IMG/VR virus record: IMGVR_UViG_3300020166_000010
DNA from: a virus
Length of the DNA stretch: 64,000 nt
Direction: 5' to 3' (one strand)
Under the pieces are notes generated by a model. It worked only from the letters and a program-made list of their open reading frames with translations. It searched no databases and had not been told where the DNA came from. The position numbers and the translations under genes are program-made. This document shows positions 27,980 through 35,600 of this stretch, one piece after another (position 1 is the first letter of the stretch; each line of letters starts with the position of its first letter).

Positions 27980-28082
27980 TTACAGTAAAGGTCCGGCACT
28001 TCCTGATTTGATTGCAGCATTCATTCGCTGTTCTTCTAACCAGATTAGATGGTTCCATATTTTTTTGAGTGTTTTCATGTAT

Positions 28083-29132
28083 TTAATTTGATAGTGGAGC
28101 CTTGATGCTCGGATGATATTTATAATCTTTAACTTCGTAATCAAATTCACCATCTAATATATTTATATTACTAAATTCTACTGTTGGTAAATCATAAATT
28201 TCTCGATCTAATTGTTCCATTGCTTGATCAATGTGGTTTGAATATAAATGAACATCACCTAAATTACCAATTAATTGATCTGGCACCATATTAACTTCTT
28301 CTGCGATTAAACAAAGTAGAGCAGCATAACTTGCAATATTAAATGGAAGACCTAAAAAAGTATCTACTGATCTTTGATTCCACATTAATGAGATCGATCT
28401 AGTTGGTATACCTTCATCATCCATAAAGTCTAATGTATTTATCATACCTAATCCATTGCCGTTATATGGTTTATCAGAATATAGGGACCATCTCTCATTA
28501 AAGGATAATTGTTTAGTATACATTTGAAATCCATAGTGGCATGGCGGGAGTGCCATCGTTGGTAAATCTCCAACGTTCCATGCTGAAACCATAAGTCTAC
28601 GAGAATCCGGATTTGTTTTTAGTTCTTCAATTAGATTTGCAATTTGGTCTTTAGTTCTCTCTACTATAATAGGATTACCACCATTCAATTTCTCAACATA
28701 ATATTCAGTCCAATCTCTCCACTGCTTCCCATATATAGGACCTAACTCACCCCACTTCTGAGCAAACTCATTATTGGTTTTGATTTTGTTGATAAATTCA
28801 TCTTGACTGGGTAAAGATGATTGAATGCCGGGCATTTGCGAAAATGTACTCTTAAATGCTTTATAAGCATCACCATTCCAAATGCTACAACCATTGTCAA
28901 CTAAATATTTAATGTTTGTATCTCCTTTAAGAAACCATTTCAATTCAGTCATCATTGTCTTAACTGCCATTCTCTTGGTAGTTAATAAAGGAAATCCATC
29001 CTTCATACTATGCCTGATCTGGCGACCAAAAACAGAATGAGTTCCTGTTCCAGTACGATCTGATTTTATTGTTGAGTTTTCTAATAGAGTTCCAAGCAGC
29101 GCTCGATATTGTTCTTCAATTCTATTTGGCAT
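28083..29132 (-). CDS. thyA: thymidylate synthase
   Basis: DRTGTGT, FPLLTTK, LGPIYGKQWR, MALPPCH, QRSVDTFLGLPFNIASY. Confidence 0.97.
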   Translation of the reverse strand: MPNRIEEQYRALLGTLLENSTIKSDRTGTGTHSVFGRQIRHSMKDGFPLLTTKRMAVKTMMTELKWFLKGDTNIKYLVDNGCSIWNGDAYKAFKSTFSQMPGIQSSLPSQDEFINKIKTNNEFAQKWGELGPIYGKQWRDWTEYYVEKLNGGNPIIVERTKDQIANLIEELKTNPDSRRLMVSAWNVGDLPTMALPPCHYGFQMYTKQLSFNERWSLYSDKPYNGNGLGMINTLDFMDDEGIPTRSISLMWNQRSVDTFLGLPFNIASYAALLCLIAEEVNMVPDQLIGNLGDVHLYSNHIDQAMEQLDREIYDLPTVEFSNINILDGEFDYEVKDYKYHPSIKAPLSN

Positions 29133-29416
29133 TCTTTTCTTTTTTCTTTTCTTGTCTTAGTGTTTTGATCAGTAAATGTACTAAATATACATTACCAATA
29201 ACGGACACCATTGATATAGTTGATGTTAATATTATTGCTATTTCCATATATTAAATTTCTAGGCATATTCCCCAGCTTCCCCAAGCTAGGATAAATTCAT
29301 AATATCCATTTAAGGATTTATCAAATGTGATTTTAATGGTAGGTATGATCAAGAATTGACCAATCTGAATGTACCATCCTATTTTTGGTAGTTTCATAGT
29401 TATAATGTATTAATAA

Positions 29417-29443
29417 TTATACAAAAGTATCAACTATTGTTTC
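29417..29443 (-). promoter_or_regulatory. class II promoter GAAAC-N17-TATAA
   Basis: Exact motif upstream of thyA operon. Confidence 0.7.
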
Positions 29444-29670
29444 ATAGATAACTCAATTTCATCTTTAATTAACTTACAGTATCTATAAAGCTCTGCGGCT
29501 TCAAAGGCCTTAAGGGCCCATCCCATTTCTTCTACTGTACCTATTCTTAACCAATCTAAAAAATCATCTTCATCTTCGAAGTGTTCTATTAAAACTGTAG
29601 GGTTAATTAGATCAATATACATTCTTTCTAGTTCGTCCGGATCCATTATAGATATTTTAACCAAGCCCAA
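29434..29670 (-). CDS. hypothetical protein
   Basis: ORF; likely true start at MDPDEL. Confidence 0.65.
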   Translation of the reverse strand: MGLVKISIMDPDELERMYIDLINPTVLIEHFEDEDDFLDWLRIGTVEEMGWALKAFEAAELYRYCKLIKDEIELSMKQ

Positions 29671-29990
29671 AATCTTCGGTTCTTAAGGTATTTATAATTA
29701 TTTTCATTCGCATACGCTTCTCTTTCAAAAGAGATATTGTAGTAAGCTTCTTTACCATAAAAGAATAATTTTATAAACCATTCAGTTACATATAAAATAT
29801 AAAATGGAATGACTAGTAGCTCCTCTTGTTGTTTAATATGGATAGATTCGTGATTAATAATTCTTTTAGCTCTTCCTTTATATTTTTCTCTAAGAATCAC
29901 AAATGGCCATAATGTAATACCGCCAATTTTCATAAACCAACTTAATCTGTTTAATGTTTTATCACTATATTTAACAATAGGAGTTTTCAT
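29646..29990 (-). CDS. HExxH protein of Bacteroidota-type family
   Basis: GITLWPF, INHESIHIKQQ, AYYNISFEREAY. Confidence 0.8.
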   Translation of the reverse strand: MKTPIVKYSDKTLNRLSWFMKIGGITLWPFVILREKYKGRAKRIINHESIHIKQQEELLVIPFYILYVTEWFIKLFFYGKEAYYNISFEREAYANENNYKYLKNRRFWAWLKYL

Positions 29991-29991
29991 T

Positions 29992-30252
29992 CTATTTAAT
30001 TTTGTTTTGTCGAGATACTTGATTGCTCTCCATTTCTTTTAATAACTTATATTTTAATTCTTCGAACTGAATATCTGTATGAGTACTGTTAATACACTCG
30101 AACTGTATCTCAGTTTCTCCTGGTGTATAGTTCTTAAGAACAAGTAAATTATATTCATCCATGATTGGCGACTCCTGGAAGTCTAAAAACACGTTTGATA
30201 CTTCATCTTCGGTTTTACCGTAGGGCATTCTAACTATTAAAATTGGTGTCAT
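29992..30252 (-). CDS. hypothetical protein
   Basis: Follows class II promoter 30275-30301. Confidence 0.7.
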   Translation of the reverse strand: MTPILIVRMPYGKTEDEVSNVFLDFQESPIMDEYNLLVLKNYTPGETEIQFECINSTHTDIQFEELKYKLLKEMESNQVSRQNKIK

Positions 30253-30299
30253 TCTTATAATATTTAATTTAAAATTATATTAAGAAAATGTAAATTGTT

Positions 30300-30608
30300 T
30301 CAAATGTTAAATACATCATCATCTCCTTCAAGATCTATACTATCGTCTTGAAATCTTATCAAAGCTTCTTGTAACTCATGAACTCTCCATTCATGATCGA
30401 ACACTTCTTCAATGCTTACTTTACCGTTCTTATGTAATTTTTTAAATTTAGAAAGATCTTTTTTTGCTATGTTTAACATTCGTGTGATCTCTTTCACGCC
30501 AGTATTTATAGATTCTATTGAAATTTTATTAGATTTAATTTCTTTTTCTATTATCTCAAATTGGATACGAGGAAATAGGTCACAAAATTTACTTAAAAGT
30601 TGTTTCAT
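30300..30608 (-). CDS. hypothetical protein
   Basis: Follows AGATATATA 30652-30660. Confidence 0.65.
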   Translation of the reverse strand: MKQLLSKFCDLFPRIQFEIIEKEIKSNKISIESINTGVKEITRMLNIAKKDLSKFKKLHKNGKVSIEEVFDHEWRVHELQEALIRFQDDSIDLEGDDDVFNI

Positions 30609-30680
30609 AATGATATGAATTATGTTATGTTTATAATTGCACTATAAAAATTATATATCTGAGTCTTATGCTTATAAATG

Positions 30681-30714
30681 AAAAAAGGCCCTAATAAAAA
30701 TTAGAGCCTTTTTT
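30681..30714 (-). terminator. Rho-independent terminator
   Basis: AAAAGGCTCTAAT..ATTAGGGCCTTTTTT. Confidence 0.8.
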
Positions 30715-30730
30715 GGATTAAGTCCTATTC

Positions 30731-30946
30731 TTAGATAGTACCTGGTCTTAGCGTGTCGATTGACTTTGCTAATAAGACAGAGTCTCTTACACTTAATCTT
30801 CCAGAGTTCTGAGCTAATTGAGCCGCTTGGATCAATACGTTAACTGCAGCAGCCTCGTCGATGTTTGTAATTTCTTCAAATACTGGTGATAATTGTTGTT
30901 CAGCAGTTTCTTGAGTTTCAGCAGTTGCTGTGTTTTCTAGTGACAT
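30731..30946 (-). CDS. hypothetical protein (monocistronic)
   Basis: Own promoter 30989-31015 and terminator. Confidence 0.8.
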   Translation of the reverse strand: MSLENTATAETQETAEQQLSPVFEEITNIDEAAAVNVLIQAAQLAQNSGRLSVRDSVLLAKSIDTLRPGTI

Positions 30947-31015
30947 AATTTTTGTTTTTAAATTTATATTTGTTAACTAATACGAATATTATACTCGTGT
31001 TTTTTAAAAAGTTTA

Positions 31016-31423
31016 CTAATTGTTTAATATTTTATCTAAATCTTTTATACATTTCAAAGCTTCACGGTATATCGTGTCATCTTTTATAGATATAATCTCA
31101 CTTCGATAAACTACTTTATTAGTTTGTTTATTTGTAACTCGACACCTTAGAATATATCGAGGTTTAATTCTTAATATAGGTTGTAGGTGTTTAACATTCC
31201 AGATCTGTGCCCTTGCTTCACCTGCAGCAGCTGCTGAGGTTTTTATACTTGCGGTCACATGATAGTCTTTATTTTCGTTTTCATAGAAAGATTGAACTTC
31301 CTTAACGTCGTTAGTAATTAAATAAAGACGATATGCTGTTTGATAGGTAGATGCAAGCACAGTTTTCAGCGCACTTGCATCTATCTTTTTTGTTATGTAA
31401 GGTTCTTGTAGGTTAAACTTCAC
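31016..31423 (-). CDS. hypothetical protein
   Basis: 135-aa ORF. Confidence 0.7.
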   Translation of the reverse strand: MKFNLQEPYITKKIDASALKTVLASTYQTAYRLYLITNDVKEVQSFYENENKDYHVTASIKTSAAAAGEARAQIWNVKHLQPILRIKPRYILRCRVTNKQTNKVVYRSEIISIKDDTIYREALKCIKDLDKILNN

Positions 31424-31751
31424 CCGGTTGTATTTTATCCGTTCTTTGAACTAAACCTAATCCGCCTAATCCATTGTCCGGTTGTGTTATTCTTTTTCTA
31501 GTAGGTGACACTGTTCTAGATTCTTTAACTTGAGCTGTTAAACCTGCTGGTTTAACTTCTTCATCTAATCCATCAGAAAGAGTTATATCAAAATCATTAA
31601 TAAGTTCTTTTTCTTCTGATATAGAATTAATCTCATTTGCTAATGCAGCCCATTCCTGTATTTCATCAGCATCTGCTCCTAATGCCGATTTACCAGATAC
31701 GACATTTGCGTATTCAACTGGCTTATCTAAAGGATTCTCTACTATTTCACT
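31413..31751 (-). CDS. start-less -1 frame extension of 31742-32263
   Basis: 112 sense codons (SEIVENPLDKPVEY...QPGEV) open from the A9 run, filling the gap to the next gene. Confidence 0.7.
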   Translation of the reverse strand, partial: SEIVENPLDKPVEYANVVSGKSALGADADEIQEWAALANEINSISEEKELINDFDITLSDGLDEEVKPAGLTAQVKESRTVSPTRKRITQPDNGLGGLGLVQRTDKIQPGEV

Positions 31752-32263
31752 TTTTTTTTCTCAGAAGTAACATTAATATCAGAAGCAATATCTTCTAAAT
31801 TAGTTGGAGATAATTCACCAACCTCAGATTCTGGTTTAATATAATCTACTAGTGATTTAATAAATCCTAAAGCAACTAATGGTAAGATTGCTCCAGATAC
31901 TGCAGCTAATAATCTTTTTTGTTCTAAAGGTTCCCATTCTACTAGGTTAAATAATTCAACCCAACCATAATAGTTATCTAAGTTAATAAATGCATAGTAC
32001 ATGTTACCTTGCATCTGCATTGCGGTTATAGTGATAAATAGGGCCCATACTAGGGACTTGTTCATTTTATCTAAAGTAATTAATGCCGCTAGCGATGCTG
32101 CCGCTCCTAATTCAAATCCAATTGCTAGGGTTATTGCTAACCATTTTGGGTTAGATAGTTCAAAGAAATCTACAACGTGAATTGTTGATACTACACTCAC
32201 TAAAATATATAGTGAAACGAAAGTTCCAATAATGAAACCGTTAACTAATTTACTCTTGTTCAT
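31742..32263 (-). CDS. four-TM membrane protein ending at slippery GAG AAA AAA AAA G
   Basis: Four hydrophobic helices; ends EKKKVK. Confidence 0.85.
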   Translation of the reverse strand: MNKSKLVNGFIIGTFVSLYILVSVVSTIHVVDFFELSNPKWLAITLAIGFELGAAASLAALITLDKMNKSLVWALFITITAMQMQGNMYYAFINLDNYYGWVELFNLVEWEPLEQKRLLAAVSGAILPLVALGFIKSLVDYIKPESEVGELSPTNLEDIASDINVTSEKKKVK

Positions 32264-32264
32264 A

Positions 32265-32573
32265 TTATTTAGATTCTAATTCATCGATTAAACGCTCGAT
32301 CTCGTTTTGGCGTTGAACGTCTAGCATTTTTCTATCAGTTCCTTGAATCATTCTCTTCTCAGCTTTTAAACCTTCAATTCTTATATCTAGTTTAGTTGGA
32401 AGTGTTTCTATGGTTGCTTTTAATTCAGCAGCAGTAGCATGTTCAATTTTAAGTTCTTTTTTAACTCTTGTTAATTCGGAGTCTACTCCGCATGATTTAA
32501 AGTATACTAATACTAATAAGATAGTGATTACCTTAGATCCGTGTTTTGCAAAAAATGCATTGATTTTATTCAT
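32265..32573 (-). CDS. TM/lipoprotein-like coiled-coil protein (spanin-like architecture)
   Basis: VITILLVLVYFKSC then heptads; class III (32606-32614) and class II (32644-32670) motifs upstream. Confidence 0.7.
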   Translation of the reverse strand: MNKINAFFAKHGSKVITILLVLVYFKSCGVDSELTRVKKELKIEHATAAELKATIETLPTKLDIRIEGLKAEKRMIQGTDRKMLDVQRQNEIERLIDELESK

Positions 32574-32672
32574 AATTCTAATATTTGTTTAAGTTTTATG
32601 TTATTTATATATCTCGATTTAAATAATAAACTTGTTTAGTTAGTTATACGTTAAAATTCAAGATTGTTTATT

Positions 32673-35600
32673 TTATCCACAATATAGATATCCATATACT
32701 CCTTCAGCCTTTCCTTCAGCATCAAATGCACAATCTTCCATACATTTACCTACTGTATATGATGTGATAGTTTGTCTTTCTTCATACTGTGGAGTTCCAT
32801 CTTCAAATCCAATTATTACCCATTCGGTTGGTTGTTTCATAACATATCCTGGCGTATCTGAAGAACATACTAAATCCCCTACAAGAACAAGTCCATTTTG
32901 ATCACATACTTTCATACCCGTTAATCTGCCTTCACGTGAATCTCCAATAGACGCTACTCTCCAAATAGTTTTAATATCCCTATCAGTTACTGGTATTTTA
33001 TTTCCTAGTGAATCTCTGTAGTGATGTGGTTTTTCTGAAGTATCTTTTCCGTTTGGTAAAAATTTATCTAATGGGCTATCCTTTATAGTAAAATCAAGAC
33101 CTTGCCATAATATACCTACGATAGCAGTATCTTGTGCTGACGATGCTTTAACTAATTCGTTGTTTTCATCTAACTTAACCAAATCTCCAACTTCTATTTG
33201 TGTATCATTTCTTTTAATATACGTATGGGATGCTGTGAAAGTTGGCGTAAATCCACTATCTTTGTCGCTAGGGGCTTCGCTAATAGTTGCACCGTTATCG
33301 TTGTCATATGTGACGTCATCATATCGCCCTGCATAACTCTCTGCTATAGTTCGAAAATCAGTTCTAAAATCATCAAATCTTTGATCTCCGAATTTTACTT
33401 CGGGTTTAAATCTAAGTTGTCTATATCCATTCTCGTCTAATATAGGGGCATCACTAGGATCTAACTCAAAATCAAATATAGTACTTGCAAGTCCACCTGC
33501 AATTGTTGCGCCTCCTTCAATGTCCATATCACCTCTAAACTTCGCGTTACCATCTGGATCTATATAGAAATTCTTAGCATTAATAGCACCAGCGTCTAGG
33601 TTAATACCCATACCTGCGAAAGAATACGTATCCCAAAGTGTTGAACTCGAAGTAACATCAGTTGCTGTCATTTCTTCTTCAGTTAATCCTGCACCTGTAC
33701 CTGATGCCAAAGACTGGGCAGAAACCGGCATTGCAAAATCGCCGCTCACTAATCTTCCTGTTGTTATCTTTCCACCGGATATTGTCGTTGTCGTTGTTAA
33801 GAATTGACTAACATCTGGTTCCGGACCTTGGAAACCTCTTGGTCCTGTAGGTCCAGTATCTCCTTGTAATGATTTAGCAAAAGTTTGTTCCTTTATAAAC
33901 GTAAAACTTTTACCATTAAGAAGAGTTCTTCCAGTAATGGTATATGTAATCTTAGCGGTATTATCAGTCATTTTACTATGATCTGTAAACAGTCTATCAC
34001 CGCCAAAATTAGCAGAACCTCCAACCGTGATTGAAGTTCCAACTGCAGTCACTTTATATTTTCCAACGCCAGTACCTACCCCATCAGATGTTAATTTGTT
34101 AAGACCCTCATACACGCTAACGCCTGTTCCTGACCCAAAATAATCTACAGTACCATCCGTTTGCGTTGGTAAGGTGTGAGCCTCGTTAGTAAGAATCACA
34201 GTCATACCATCAGCACCTGGAGTACCGGGTGCACCGTCAGCTCCTGCTTTAACTCCAGCAATCGTTATTTGGTCTCTTGCTAAAATAGCTGATGTTTTAC
34301 TGCCCTCTCTTATTTCTACCTCAATAGTTTCGGGCATATTGCTATAACTCGATTGAGGTGTATATGTATATGTTCGAGTTGTACTGTGTTGTACTGATAC
34401 GTCATTTTTATAGAAATTATAATACACCGTCCCAGTTGTGTTAAATGCAGTTGCTGCAATTTGTGTACTGGTTGGTAATGGAGTTGTTCCAGATGTATTA
34501 TATGCAAATACTTGACTCGGTGTTGCTAAAGAAACTGCTCTAGCGCTTACTCCAGCTGAACCAGTTGAACCTTGAGCACCTGGAAGGCCTACATCACCCT
34601 GTGCTCCTTTAGTTCCAGTAGTTCCCTGTGCTCCTTTAGTTCCAGTAGTTCCCTGTGATCCAGTTGGCCCTGCTGGCCCTGCCGGCCCTGCTGTAAAACT
34701 AACTTCCCCGTTAAATGCTACTTGACCGTTTTTTATTGAGAATGGAGTTAATAATGTACCATTTGCATCTTCACTATTTACTTTGAAACTATCTGCTTTA
34801 AATGCTATTGTACTACCAGTTTCATCTGCTCCTAATTTCATACCCGCAACGACTGGAACACCATTACTATCACTACTTACTTCTAATGTATATTGTGCGT
34901 TTACTTTACCAGTAAGAGCATTTATATCTGCTGATTGCTGGGTAGTTACTCCAGCGGTTTTATTATCTAACGCTGCTATTAAACTTGTTGTTGAGGTAAC
35001 AGTAGCTTGATTTGCAGTTGCAACTGCACTGTCTATTGTTGTTTTAAGGGCTGAATTTGTGCTTACACCGGTAATAGATCCATCTGTAGGATTTATTGTA
35101 TATTCTGCTTCTAGCGTATCTACTCTATTAACCGCAGCTGTGTTTAATGTTGTTAGTGCTGTTTCAACAGTATCTATAGCTGCATTGGTTGCAACAAGAT
35201 CGGTTGAGACGCTAGTTTCTATCGTATCTATTCTGCGTCCAAGTGCAGAGTCTGCATTAGCAAATGCCGTTTCAGCCGTACCTATAGCTGCATTAGTTGC
35301 AACAAGATCGGTTGAGACGCTAGTTTCTATCGAATCTATTCTGCTTCCAAGGGCAGCGTCTGCTGTCGCGATCGTTGTTTCAACCGTGCTAATATCGGCA
35401 TTGGTTGCAACGAGATTGGTTGAAACTCCTGCTTCTAAAGTATCTATTCTACCTGCAAGGGCGAGATCTGCTGTTGTTAGTGTTGTTTCAGCCGTACCTA
35501 TAGCTGCATTAGTTGCAACAAGATTGGTTGAAACACTAGTTTCTATCGTATCTATTCTACCTGCAAGGGCTAGGTCTGCTGTTGCGAATGCTATTTCAGC

